The notes under the pieces were generated by a model that saw only the letters and a program-made list of their open reading frames with translations, was not told where the DNA came from and searched no databases. From Candidatus Nanopelagicales bacterium (GTDB lineage: Bacteria > Actinomycetota > Actinomycetes > S36-B12 > UBA10799), in the NCBI GenBank assembly GCA_030157755.1, contig JAOAUD010000156.1, positions 1 through 39,833 of the forward strand: DNA of 39,833 bases, read 5' to 3'. Shown here piece by piece: positions 12,077 through 21,462 of this stretch. The stretch's first letter is position 1, and every line of letters starts with the position of its first letter. A program made the position numbers and the translations under genes.

Positions 12077-13657
12077 ATGTCTTCCTCGACCGAATCAGGC
12101 CTGCCATTCAAGCCGGTATACGACGCATCGGACCTCGCGGACTTCGATCCGTCCGTAGAACTTGGGGAGCCAGGTGAGTTCCCGTTCACTCGCGGCGTCT
12201 ACCCGACGATGTACACCGGGCGCCCGTGGACCATGCGTCAATACGCCGGATTTGGCAATGCCGCGGAGTCGAACGAGCGGTACAAGCAGCTGATCGCAGC
12301 GGGTACAACAGGGCTCAGCGTGGCGTTCGACCTGCCGACGCAGATGGGCTACGACTCAGACCACAAGTTGGCTCACGGTGAAGTCGGCAAGGTCGGGGTC
12401 GCGATCGACTCGGTCGACGACATGCAGGTCCTCTTCGACGGAATCCCGCTCGACAAGGTCTCGACGTCGATGACCATCAACGCACCGGCAGCGACACTCC
12501 TGCTGATGTACCAGTTGGTCGGCGAGAGCAACGGGATCCCCGGTTCGGCGCTGACCGGAACCATTCAGAACGACGTACTCAAGGAATACATCGCCCGCGG
12601 GACTTACATCTACCCGCCCGCGCAGTCGCTGCGGCTGATTACGGACATCTTCAAGTACTGCAAGGCCGAGGTTCCCCGCTGGAACACGATTTCGATTTCC
12701 GGCTACCACATGGCAGAGGCGGGGGCGACTCCCGCGCAGGAGATTGCTTTCACGCTCGCCGACGGGATCGAGTACGTGCAAGCCGCCATTGACTCAGGTC
12801 AGGACGTTGACGAATTTGCGCCGCGGCTGGCGTTCTTCTTCGTCTCGCGGACGAGCTTCCTGGAAGAAGTGGCCAAGTTCCGCGCAGCACGGCGAATCTG
12901 GGCCCGCGTCATGAAGGAACGATTTGGCGCCAAGAACCCGAAGTCGATGATGCTGCGGTTCCATACTCAGACTGCCGGAGTGCAGCTCGCCGCTCAGCAG
13001 CCCGAGGTGAACCTGGTGCGGGTGGCGGTTCAGGGCCTCGCGGCCGTGATGGGCGGCACCCAGTCGTTACACACCAACAGCTTTGACGAGGCAATCGCCC
13101 TGCCGACCGAGAAGGCTGCTCGCCTTGCGCTGCGGACCCAGCAGGTTCTCGCGTACGAAACTGACGTGACGAAGACCGTCGATCCGTTCGCTGGCTCCTA
13201 CGTCGTTGAGTCCCTCACTGATGAGCTCGAGGCGGCCGCTCTCGACCTGATGACTCGAGTCGAAGATCTCGGTGGTTCGGTTGCCGCAATTGAGCAGGGA
13301 TTCCAGAAGGGCGAGATTGAGCGCTCGGCCTACGCCATCGCAAACGAGATTGACGCCGGCGAACGCATCTTCGTTGGAGTTAACAAGTTCACGATTGAAG
13401 ACGAAGAGAAGTACGAGCCGCTCCGAGTTGATCCGACGATCGAGGCTCAGCAGGTGGAACGTCTCGCCGTTCTCCGTGCTGACCGCGACAACGTGGAAGT
13501 GACGCGACAGCTAGACGCACTTCGCCGGGCTGCCGAGGGAACCGACAACTGCCTGTACCCGATGAAGGCAGCGCTTGCTGCCCGGGCGACCGGTGGCGAA
13601 GTTGCCGACGCACTTCGCGAGGTGTGGGGTCAGTACGACCCGCCCGACGCGTTCTAG
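12077..13657 (+). CDS. methylmalonyl-CoA mutase family, catalytic (N-terminal TIM-barrel) subunit without a B12-binding domain
   Basis: Colinear by eye with MutB residues about 60-560: [76 protein letters not shown]. It ends (..[13 protein letters not shown]) where the linker to the cobalamin domain would begin. Confidence 0.9.
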   Translation: MSSSTESGLPFKPVYDASDLADFDPSVELGEPGEFPFTRGVYPTMYTGRPWTMRQYAGFGNAAESNERYKQLIAAGTTGLSVAFDLPTQMGYDSDHKLAHGEVGKVGVAIDSVDDMQVLFDGIPLDKVSTSMTINAPAATLLLMYQLVGESNGIPGSALTGTIQNDVLKEYIARGTYIYPPAQSLRLITDIFKYCKAEVPRWNTISISGYHMAEAGATPAQEIAFTLADGIEYVQAAIDSGQDVDEFAPRLAFFFVSRTSFLEEVAKFRAARRIWARVMKERFGAKNPKSMMLRFHTQTAGVQLAAQQPEVNLVRVAVQGLAAVMGGTQSLHTNSFDEAIALPTEKAARLALRTQQVLAYETDVTKTVDPFAGSYVVESLTDELEAAALDLMTRVEDLGGSVAAIEQGFQKGEIERSAYAIANEIDAGERIFVGVNKFTIEDEEKYEPLRVDPTIEAQQVERLAVLRADRDNVEVTRQLDALRRAAEGTDNCLYPMKAALAARATGGEVADALREVWGQYDPPDAF

Positions 13658-13696
13658 AAATAGCCGCGTTCTAGGGCCTTGCCGTCGAACTTGTGG

Positions 13697-14149
13697 CTAC
13701 GGGTTGACGTTGCGGCACGGACGAGTTCGCAGGTTCGCGACGTAGTCATCCGGGGCTCCAGCTTCCTCGGCCGCGTCAGCAATGATTCCGAGGTAGTGGG
13801 CTGAGGGTAAGCCGCCTTCGTAGCCATCCACGACGTAGAGCCAAGCTCCAACCTCTCCCTCGAGGGTTTGGACCCGGACGCGAATCTTGACGAAGACGCC
13901 GAGGGCGGTGCCCTCCCACTCATCGAGCAGCTTCTCGTCCCATTCGGGAACGTCGTACAACATCACGAAAACTTGAGATCCGGGTTCTTCGACGACTGTG
14001 GCGAGTGCGCCATCCCAGCCGAGGTCCTCACCACCGAAGGTGAGTCGCCAGTCAACCAGCCAGCCGACGCCTCGGGCAGGGGACGTTGGCGCGCGGGCAG
14101 CCATCCGCTGGGGGTCCAGGTTGGGCCCGTACGCCGCATATAACGCCAT
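13697..14149 (-). CDS. gamma-glutamylcyclotransferase (AIG2/GGCT-like) family protein
   Basis: The start MALYAAYGPNLDPQRM... is typical of GGCT-like proteins. The rest of the 268-aa track ORF overlaps the lpdA-like gene on the other strand and is discarded. Confidence 0.65.
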   Translation of the reverse strand: MALYAAYGPNLDPQRMAARAPTSPARGVGWLVDWRLTFGGEDLGWDGALATVVEEPGSQVFVMLYDVPEWDEKLLDEWEGTALGVFVKIRVRVQTLEGEVGAWLYVVDGYEGGLPSAHYLGIIADAAEEAGAPDDYVANLRTRPCRNVNP

Positions 14150-14182
14150 GCCAGCAAGCCTAACCACTTTGTCGCTGCCAAA

Positions 14183-15598
14183 GTGCTTCGCACCGGCAAC
14201 AATGGACGCGTGGCGACAGTGGTGGTAATCGGTGGTGGTCCGGGTGGCTACGAGGCGGCTTTGGTAGCAGCCCAAGAAGGTGCACAGGTGGTGCTCATCG
14301 AACGTGACGGAGTGGGCGGCGCCGCAGTCCTCACCGACTGTGTTCCGAGCAAGACGTTGGTTGCTACTGCTCGCTCGGCAAGCCTCGCCGCTGAAAGTGC
14401 CCATCTCGGAGTCCGCATCGACGGTGCCGCCATCAACCCCGACGCAGCGGGACTCGACCTGCAGTACGGCTTTGACCGGATCAAGCGTCTGGCGGCCGCG
14501 CAATCAAGCGACATCACGCAGAGACTGATCGCCGACGGGGTTGAGGTCAGGCACGGCAAGGCTCACATCGTGCGTCCCGGCACCGTCGAGATCGTGGGCG
14601 AAGCTGGCGTTCTTTCCTCGACCGTTGACTACGACATCCTGTTGATCGCCACCGGCGCCCGCCCGCGGGAGCTTCCTGATGCCATGCCAGACGGTCAGCG
14701 GATCCTGAATTGGAAGCAGGTCTGGAACCTCACGGAACTTCCCGAACATCTGGTCGTGATTGGTTCAGGGGTCACCGGAGCGGAGTTCGCTGGTGCATTC
14801 ACCGCGCTTGGTGTTGAGGTCACGTTGGTGTCGAGCCGTGATCGGGTATTGCCGACCCAGGACCCTGACGCTGCCGACGTGGTGGAAGGGGTCTTTACCC
14901 GCAGGGGCATGAAGGTCCTCGGGTCCTCCAGGGCGCTGTCAGCACGTTCCGACGGCGATGAGGTGACGGTCACGCTGGCGAACGGGCACGAGGTTGTTGG
15001 ATCGCACGCGCTAGTTGCGGTGGGAGCGATTCCCAATTCGGAGGATCTTGGCCTTGATGTGGTTGGCGTTCGAACGACCGCCTCCGGAGCTATCGAGGTG
15101 GACAGGGTGTCGCGGACCAGCGAGCTTGGGATCTACGCCGCAGGTGACGTGACGGGCGTGAACCTGCTGGCGTCAGTGGCGGCCATGCAGGGTCGCATTG
15201 CGATGTGGCACGCGTTTGGAGATGCGGTGACACCGCTGAACTTGGCCGAAGTTTCGCAGGCTGTCTTCACCGATCCTGAAATCGCATCGGTGGGTATTGC
15301 ACCGGCAGACGTTGAGTCAGGGGCAGTTCCCGGACGAGTCCACACTCAACCGCTGGCGAGTAACGCACGAGCGAAGATGCAGGGCACGCGCGATGGCTTC
15401 GTCAAGCTGGTGGTGAGTCCCGATGGTGTTGTTCGTGGCGGGGTTGTAGTTGCCCCGCGAGCCAGCGACCTCATCCACGCCATCTCGTTGGCTGTGAGCC
15501 AGCACCTCACGGCTGACGATGTTGCCGCGGCCTTCACGGTGTACCCGTCGATGTCCGGGTCGATCGCTGAAGCTGCGCGACGCCTGCACGTGGTCTAG
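14183..15598 (+). CDS. lpdA: NAD(P)H-quinone dehydrogenase / dihydrolipoamide-dehydrogenase-like flavoprotein (Mtb LpdA Rv3303c type)
   Basis: VVVIGGGPGGYEAAL, GGAAVLTDCVPSK (single Cys), second Rossmann motif VVIGSGVTGAEFA, IYAAGDV. An alternative GTG start at 14210 is plausible. Confidence 0.85.
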   Translation: MLRTGNNGRVATVVVIGGGPGGYEAALVAAQEGAQVVLIERDGVGGAAVLTDCVPSKTLVATARSASLAAESAHLGVRIDGAAINPDAAGLDLQYGFDRIKRLAAAQSSDITQRLIADGVEVRHGKAHIVRPGTVEIVGEAGVLSSTVDYDILLIATGARPRELPDAMPDGQRILNWKQVWNLTELPEHLVVIGSGVTGAEFAGAFTALGVEVTLVSSRDRVLPTQDPDAADVVEGVFTRRGMKVLGSSRALSARSDGDEVTVTLANGHEVVGSHALVAVGAIPNSEDLGLDVVGVRTTASGAIEVDRVSRTSELGIYAAGDVTGVNLLASVAAMQGRIAMWHAFGDAVTPLNLAEVSQAVFTDPEIASVGIAPADVESGAVPGRVHTQPLASNARAKMQGTRDGFVKLVVSPDGVVRGGVVVAPRASDLIHAISLAVSQHLTADDVAAAFTVYPSMSGSIAEAARRLHVV

Positions 15599-15623
15599 CG
15601 CACGGCTGATTGGAAAGTGCGGG

Positions 15624-16307
15624 TCAGCCAGCGGTAGGAACATCCACTGCACCGGGTGGCGCAGCATGTTCATCGTCGGATTCATCTTCCGACTTTCCGC
15701 GAATCAGCAGGTAGCCCACGCCCACGACCAGGACGGACCCGATGACGATCGCGGTTGGGCGCCACGCAATGACATCTGGTGTCGGAAGCGGCCCGAGGGC
15801 GGCTTGGCCTGAAAGCTCCGCGAAGCGAACGAGTACAGCTGTCGTGCCGTTATTCCGTTCCTCTGCAAATGCCCGCGTGAGAATCGGCTTGGAATCGAAC
15901 TCAGTCGAATACGTTTCGTAGACCGTGCCGACGATCGTAAGGAACGTTCCAGGCAAGCCGAGCTTCTGCTGAATCTCCTGGCTCGTGCCAACGGCACGAA
16001 CAGCTGTCCCGGGAAGAATCACGATGTAGACGGGCGTCCCGGATGCACCGATCGCGGTGACGACGCGAATCGCGTCTGCATCCGAAATCGCTAACGGGGC
16101 GCGCGGGATTTCAAAGAATGGTGGATTGCGCTGAAGCCCGGCAACCGACATGTCAACAAGATTGACCGGCAGTGGTTCTTCATCATTCGCGGTGCGGGCA
16201 AAAGCGGGCGAGGTCGCTGGCGCCACCACAAACAGGCCAACAAAGACCGCCGCGATGGCAGCTAAGTAAGCCCGTCGAACGTTCAGTGTCAGTCCTTGAT
16301 CTCGCAC
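15624..16307 (-). CDS. exported, C-terminally membrane-anchored protein of unknown function
   Basis: The GTG start overlaps the accA3 3' end by 19 nt. Signal peptide ...APATSPAFA|R, C-terminal [23 protein letters not shown], then an acidic tail. No family recognised. Confidence 0.55.
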   Translation of the reverse strand: MRDQGLTLNVRRAYLAAIAAVFVGLFVVAPATSPAFARTANDEEPLPVNLVDMSVAGLQRNPPFFEIPRAPLAISDADAIRVVTAIGASGTPVYIVILPGTAVRAVGTSQEIQQKLGLPGTFLTIVGTVYETYSTEFDSKPILTRAFAEERNNGTTAVLVRFAELSGQAALGPLPTPDVIAWRPTAIVIGSVLVVGVGYLLIRGKSEDESDDEHAAPPGAVDVPTAG

Positions 16308-18052
16308 AACACGGTTCCGGTTGGAACCGTTGCTCCCGTTTCGGCAGTCAGTCCGGTCACAGTGCCAGCCTTGTGGGCGTTGAGAGGCTGTTCCATCTTC
16401 ATGGCCTCCAGTACGACTACAAGGTCACCGGCTTCAACTTGTTGGCCCTCTTCCACGGCCACCTTGACAATTGTGCCCTGCATTGGTGTTGCTACTGCGT
16501 CACCAGAGGCCGCGGCGCCAGCTTTCTTTCGCTTCCCGCGTTTGGCGGCTGACGTCTTCTTGGCTGGACCGCCGCCGATCGCGAGGTCCGCGGGCAACGA
16601 CACTGCCACGCGCTTGCCGCCGACCTCGACGACAACGTCCTGACGCGCTGAGGCCTCGGCAACCTCGTCGCTTGCCTCCGCGTCGACGTAGGCCGGAATC
16701 GTGTTGTTGAAGTCAGTCTCGATCCACCTGGTGTGTACCTTGAACGCCTCGTTGGGATCGGCGGGCGCGAAGTCGGGATCTTCGACAACAACGCGGTCGA
16801 AGGTGATTGCGGTAGCGATGCCTTCAACGTCGAACTCCGCGAGGGCACGGCGTGAACGCTCGAGCGCCTCTTGCCGGTCGCGCCCAGTGACGATCAACTT
16901 AGCCAGCAGCGAATCGAAGTTTCCGCCGATGACGTCCCCGGCCTCGAATCCTGCGTCGAGGCGAACGCCGGGACCACTCGGTGGGCGCCATACGCGCAGG
17001 ACACCTGGTGCCGGGAGGAAGTTCCGCCCCGGGTCTTCGCCATTGATGCGGAACTCGATCGAATGGCCACGCAGCGGCGGGTCGTCGTATCCAAGTTCCT
17101 CGCCGTCGGCGATCCGGAATTGTTCGCGGACCAAATCGATGCCGGAGACCTCTTCAGTCACGGGGTGTTCGACCTGGAGTCGCGTGTTCACCTCGAGGAA
17201 TGAGATTGTTCCGTCTTGCCCGACGAGGAACTCACACGTTCCTGCGCCGACGTAACCGGCGGCTTTGATGATGGCTTTGGATGCTCGGTACAGCTCGGCT
17301 TCTTGCGCCTCGGTGAGGAACGGTGCTGGGGCTTCCTCCACCAGCTTCTGATGCCGACGCTGTAGCGAGCAGTCGCGGGTGGAAACGACCACAACGTTGC
17401 CGTGCGAGTCCGCGAGCACTTGGGTTTCCACGTGGCGGGGGTTGTCGAGGTAGCGCTCGACGAAACATTCGCCGCGGCCGAACGCTGCGATTGCCTCACG
17501 AACCGCTGAGTCGTACAACTCTGCGACCTCGTCAAGTTCGCGAGCGACCTTCAGGCCGCGTCCGCCGCCGCCGAAGGCTGCCTTGATTGCGATGGGCAAG
17601 CCGTTTTCCTTGGCGAATGCCACAACTTCGTCAGAGTCCTGGACCGGATCAGACGTTCCGGCGACCAGCGGTGCTCCGGCCTTTTCAGCGATGTGTCGAG
17701 CGGCAACCTTGTCCCCGAGCGAACGAATAGCTGATGGCGGCGGGCCGATCCACGTCAGCCCGGCATCAATCACGGACTGGGCGAAGTCGGCATTCTCCGA
17801 CAAGAACCCGTAGCCCGGGTGAACCGCGTCGGCGCCGCTCTTGGCGGCGACGTCGAGCAGTTTGTCGACGACCAGGTAAGAGTCGGCGGCAGTTGAGCCA
17901 CCGAGTGCGTAGGCCTCATCGCATGCGCGTACATGGACCGCGTCCCGATCGGGGTCGGCGTAGACCGCCACGCTTTCCAACCCTGCATCCCGGCAGGCAC
18001 GAGCAATTCGGACGGCAATCTCGCCACGGTTGGCGATCAGCACCTTGCGCAC
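16289..18052 (-). CDS. accA3: acetyl/propionyl-CoA carboxylase alpha subunit (biotin carboxylase + BCCP)
   Basis: [16 protein letters not shown]-terminus (GTG start), ATP-grasp region, and a C-terminal biotinyl domain with EAMKME. Confidence 0.95.
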   Translation of the reverse strand: MRKVLIANRGEIAVRIARACRDAGLESVAVYADPDRDAVHVRACDEAYALGGSTAADSYLVVDKLLDVAAKSGADAVHPGYGFLSENADFAQSVIDAGLTWIGPPPSAIRSLGDKVAARHIAEKAGAPLVAGTSDPVQDSDEVVAFAKENGLPIAIKAAFGGGGRGLKVARELDEVAELYDSAVREAIAAFGRGECFVERYLDNPRHVETQVLADSHGNVVVVSTRDCSLQRRHQKLVEEAPAPFLTEAQEAELYRASKAIIKAAGYVGAGTCEFLVGQDGTISFLEVNTRLQVEHPVTEEVSGIDLVREQFRIADGEELGYDDPPLRGHSIEFRINGEDPGRNFLPAPGVLRVWRPPSGPGVRLDAGFEAGDVIGGNFDSLLAKLIVTGRDRQEALERSRRALAEFDVEGIATAITFDRVVVEDPDFAPADPNEAFKVHTRWIETDFNNTIPAYVDAEASDEVAEASARQDVVVEVGGKRVAVSLPADLAIGGGPAKKTSAAKRGKRKKAGAAASGDAVATPMQGTIVKVAVEEGQQVEAGDLVVVLEAMKMEQPLNAHKAGTVTGLTAETGATVPTGTVLCEIKD

Positions 18053-18057
18053 TACGA

Positions 18058-18132
18058 CTCCCTAGAGGATTCGGTGGAGACTTGAGAGATTTCGGTTGTC
18101 ACGAGACAACGACCGGGCCTCAGTCTAGGGAG
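18058..18132 (-). promoter_or_regulatory. candidate SD-sequestering RNA helix in the accA3 leader
   Basis: On the minus-strand transcript, CUCCCUAGA (18132-18124) is perfectly complementary to UCUAGGGAG (18066-18058). The latter contains the accA3 SD 5 nt before the GTG. An inner hairpin GUUGUC-ucgu-GACAAC is also present. Confidence 0.25.
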
Positions 18133-18181
18133 CGATACCCCGGCATGCCGATAACGCCCCTTGCAATTGTGTTGGACCCAC

Positions 18182-18583
18182 TTACAGATTGGGGCACTGC
18201 TTCTTGACTGCTTCGGTCAAGTTGCTGATGCTCTTCTGGTAGTTGGGATCGCTCGCACCCTTGCTGACGTTCGCTTTGGCATCATTGAGCGCTTGTGAAA
18301 TCGCGGCATTGGCGTTCGCCGGTAGCGAGGCGAGTAACTGATTGAAATACGTCGTCAATGACTGAATCGCGACGTTCTGCTTGCCCGCATCGCCGCTTGC
18401 CAGATCTTCGCCCAGCGAATTGAGCTTGTCTTGGGCCTTCTTTGCGTTTGCGCAGAATTCGCTCTGGCTCATCGAACTCGGTGCTGACGGCGAAGGTGAT
18501 GACGAACTGCTCGACGAGCAACCCGTCAGCGCTACCCCGGCGAGAACCAGCGCGCACACAATTCCGGCGGAACGATTCTTCAC
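18182..18583 (-). CDS. lipoprotein of unknown function
   Basis: GTG start with AAGGAG 5 nt upstream. Lipobox VALTG|C, a Ser-rich linker, then a helical Ala/Asn/Gln-rich domain with two Cys. Confidence 0.7.
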   Translation of the reverse strand: MKNRSAGIVCALVLAGVALTGCSSSSSSSPSPSAPSSMSQSEFCANAKKAQDKLNSLGEDLASGDAGKQNVAIQSLTTYFNQLLASLPANANAAISQALNDAKANVSKGASDPNYQKSISNLTEAVKKQCPNL

Positions 18584-18628
18584 GGGGGCTCCTTGTTGGT
18601 AGTGCGTCGTGAGATCAGCTGAGCGTGT

Positions 18629-20503
18629 CTAGGAGCACTCTAGATTCAAAGTGCGTCGGATTGACTGCTCACCGCTCCAACTTGCTCCGGCGCCCGTGGC
18701 AGACCATCCCGGACTGGACGTGCACTTGGCGCCGCCTGAAAACGTCACGTTGACTGTCAGTGAGACAGCTTGCTGCATGGGCTGGGGGTTGAGTTGGTCG
18801 TGATAGGAGTACCCCCCACCTTGACGCGTGAACGTTCCCGGCGCGATCTTGTAGCTGAACTTCAGGACGTCGGTGGCTTGTGGGGCGATGGTGCCTTCCG
18901 TGGTTGACACCATTCGGCCAAGACCGTCGGGATACGTCGCTGTCTTGCGGTAGCCAGTAGGGGCTTGGATCTGTGGTTCGGTCGCACCAAGCGGCAGGTA
19001 GAAGAACCACTCGTTTGCCGACCATGCGGTGGTATAGCCGATCTTCTGGCTGGCATCGAGGTCTGCGGGCACGTCGTTCTTGACGGTCAACACCTGCTCA
19101 ACCGTCGCTGATCCGTCCTCATTGACCGTGACGTTCGAGACCAGGTCGCGCTGTGAGTAGACGTCGACCTTGCTCATGTTCCGGTTGCGTGAGAAGAATC
19201 CGACCGTGTCATTGCCCGGGGTTTGGTAGACCTCGCCCGCAGCCTGCGCATCGACGGCAATCTGTTGCAGTTGTGGCTGCTGGAACCGCATCTGCACGTG
19301 TCGTCCAGGGATTTCCTCGCCAAGTGCGATCGCCGCCGCAGCAAGAGTCTGGATATCGCCTGACATGAGGCGGCTGATCATGACGGTCGCAACCTTGTCG
19401 TTCAGTGATTGGCGAACCCGCTGATCCGATTGGAAGTCGAGGTAGGCGTCAGTGACAACCTTCTGAGCGAAGTTATCAGCAGTCAGGGTTCCGTAACCTT
19501 CAACATCGATCGGCCCGGTAGCTCGAATCAATGCCTCGATGGCTCGGGTATCCATCCCGATCATGGCGTCGACCTTCGGATCCTTCGCTGTGTTCCAAGC
19601 GCGAATCAGATCCTCGCCAGCGAGCCGCCAGTCGGGGTGCGCCCCGGAGTTGACGAAGCCGAGCCCGGCGGCATCGGCACCCCACGGAGGCGGGGACGCT
19701 GGTTTGTACTGGATCACTGGGTGGCCTTTGAAAGCGTCGCCCGCGATGTATCCGTTGAACGGAATTGTCATCTTCCCCTGGTCGAACTGAAGGATCGCTG
19801 CTGACAACGGAGCACCGCCCGGCGCCCGCAGTTGCGCGGGGTTCTCAAAAGCGATCATGTACTTCTGAGGGGACTTCGCTCCCAAGGCATCGAGGATCAC
19901 CTGACGTTGGGGCGCGATCTTGCTGGTGGCAAAGTCGCCGAGGTCTACATACGCAAGTCCGCTGTCACGTGCTTGCGTGAAGAGTCCGCCGAATGGACTG
20001 AAGCCCGAAACGTTCGCGAGTTCTTCCCGCGCGTCGGAAAAGGCGGGAGTCAGTTGCGGCAGCTGCGCCAGTAGTGCGTCGAGAGCAGTCAGGTTGACGG
20101 CGCCGTTTCGGTACACATTGGGATCGAAGTTCTCAGCAACTGGGACGGCCGCTGTCACAAGTTCTTCGCCTGCGCTACTGAAGTGTTGAGCATTACTGAC
20201 CGCTGTGCCGAACCACGGAACAAGTGCCGCGAGGCGCATGGGCGGTGATGACATAGCGGTGTTAATTCGGCCCATCCCAGACTGAGCCTGTTCAGCTGAC
20301 TGTTTGATGGACGCGGAGTCTTTTGCGGAGTAGCCGGATTTGAACAGCGAAGCCGCACCCGCCAGTTCGACTGCTCCCACAACAAGCGAGATGGTGAACC
20401 ATGCGGCGAATAGCAGCGGAACCGCGATGACGACAGCCTTGAGGACTCGTTGCCATTGGGGCGCGCTCGTGGTCGAGGCGGGTTCGCTCGATTCCGGTGC
20501 CAC
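18629..20503 (-). CDS. DUF4012 domain-containing membrane protein
   Basis: One N-terminal TM helix and a large extracytoplasmic region with FENPAQLRAPGG, resembling the conserved ..N.AE.R..GG signature I associate with DUF4012. 624 aa is typical of the family. Confidence 0.7.
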   Translation of the reverse strand: MAPESSEPASTTSAPQWQRVLKAVVIAVPLLFAAWFTISLVVGAVELAGAASLFKSGYSAKDSASIKQSAEQAQSGMGRINTAMSSPPMRLAALVPWFGTAVSNAQHFSSAGEELVTAAVPVAENFDPNVYRNGAVNLTALDALLAQLPQLTPAFSDAREELANVSGFSPFGGLFTQARDSGLAYVDLGDFATSKIAPQRQVILDALGAKSPQKYMIAFENPAQLRAPGGAPLSAAILQFDQGKMTIPFNGYIAGDAFKGHPVIQYKPASPPPWGADAAGLGFVNSGAHPDWRLAGEDLIRAWNTAKDPKVDAMIGMDTRAIEALIRATGPIDVEGYGTLTADNFAQKVVTDAYLDFQSDQRVRQSLNDKVATVMISRLMSGDIQTLAAAAIALGEEIPGRHVQMRFQQPQLQQIAVDAQAAGEVYQTPGNDTVGFFSRNRNMSKVDVYSQRDLVSNVTVNEDGSATVEQVLTVKNDVPADLDASQKIGYTTAWSANEWFFYLPLGATEPQIQAPTGYRKTATYPDGLGRMVSTTEGTIAPQATDVLKFSYKIAPGTFTRQGGGYSYHDQLNPQPMQQAVSLTVNVTFSGGAKCTSSPGWSATGAGASWSGEQSIRRTLNLECS

Positions 20504-20565
20504 CGCATGATCGTACTAGGGTGATCGCTCGCGTCGAGGAATCGAATGATCAGGGGGCTCAGAAC

Positions 20566-21216
20566 GTGACTGATGCAGGTACGGGCCGTCCGAAGCGCCA
20601 GCTTGTCTTGGCGTCTGCCTCGCCTGCGAGGCGCGGACTACTCACCGCCGCGGGAGTTGAGCCCACCGTCGAACCGAGTCACGTTGATGAGGACGCGGTC
20701 GAGCGCGCTGCCAGCGATCAGGACTTGTCCATCCCGCAGCTTGCTCAACTGCTGGCGGAGGTGAAGCGCGACGACGTTGCTGCCCGCCTGGCTCGGGCCG
20801 GAAGTGATTCGCTAGTTGTGGGCTGCGACTCGATCCTTGCGTGGCAAGGCCTGGCTCTGGGCAAACCAGGCTCGGCACAAGCCGCGTTGGATCGGCTGGC
20901 AAAGATGCAGGGGACCAGCGGTGTGCTTCATACCGGTCACGCGGTGACTGATTTGGCGACGGGCCGTTGCGTCGGCCGGAGTTGTTCGACGCGGGTTGAC
21001 TTCGCCCCAATGTCGACAGCGGAAATTGAGGCCTACGTTCGCACCGGTGAGCCGCTAAACGTCGCGGGCAGCTTCACGCTCGATGGCCTGTCATCGCCCT
21101 TCATCGCAGGGATCGAAGGCGACCCAAGCAACGTGATTGGGCTTTCGTTACCGCTGCTGCGCGAGTTGCTGCGTGAGCTTGGTGTCGACTGGCTCAGCGT
21201 CGTCAGCTACTCCTGA
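20566..21216 (+). CDS. maf: Maf-like nucleoside triphosphate pyrophosphatase
   Basis: The LVLASASPARRGLL motif is near the N-terminus. GTG 20566 has GGGGG upstream; the track start 20497 would overlap the divergent DUF4012 gene. Confidence 0.85.
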   Translation: MTDAGTGRPKRQLVLASASPARRGLLTAAGVEPTVEPSHVDEDAVERAASDQDLSIPQLAQLLAEVKRDDVAARLARAGSDSLVVGCDSILAWQGLALGKPGSAQAALDRLAKMQGTSGVLHTGHAVTDLATGRCVGRSCSTRVDFAPMSTAEIEAYVRTGEPLNVAGSFTLDGLSSPFIAGIEGDPSNVIGLSLPLLRELLRELGVDWLSVVSYS

Positions 21217-21225
21217 CTCCGGTTT

Positions 21226-21462
21226 CTAGCGGCGGCCGAGCTGGGCCCAGGCGCCGGGTCCCGGAGCCGGCATCGGTTGACGATGCATAGACGCGGGGGC
21301 TCCCCAACCGGAAGGCGTCGATGGGTCGCTCGCGGGCTCGCCGGATGCTGCTGCGGCTACCGCAATAACGGTGACCACAGCGGCAAGCTCTTCCGGTGTT
21401 GGGTTACCGGAGACAACCCGCAGCAGTGGCTGCGGCGCGGGCGCCGCTTCGTCGCCGGTCAC
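21226..21462 (-). CDS. accE5: acyl-CoA carboxylase epsilon subunit
   Basis: 78 aa with [21 protein letters not shown]..., typical of AccE. GTGA overlap with the accD5 stop. Confidence 0.75.
   Translation of the reverse strand: MTGDEAAPAPQPLLRVVSGNPTPEELAAVVTVIAVAAAASGEPASDPSTPSGWGAPASMHRQPMPAPGPGAWAQLGRR

Noticed and set aside
13649-13674. 9-bp direct repeat GCGTTCTAG ... GCGTTCTAG spanning the mutase stop codon
   Set aside because: It is short, half of it is coding, no associated structure or mobile-element boundary is visible, and it is plausibly chance.
14150-14503. N-terminal 118-aa extension of the GGCT-like ORF (track ORF 13697-14503)
   Set aside because: The extension overlaps the lpdA-like gene on the opposite strand. 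The GGCT-family sequence begins at the internal MALYAAYGPN (ATG 14149).
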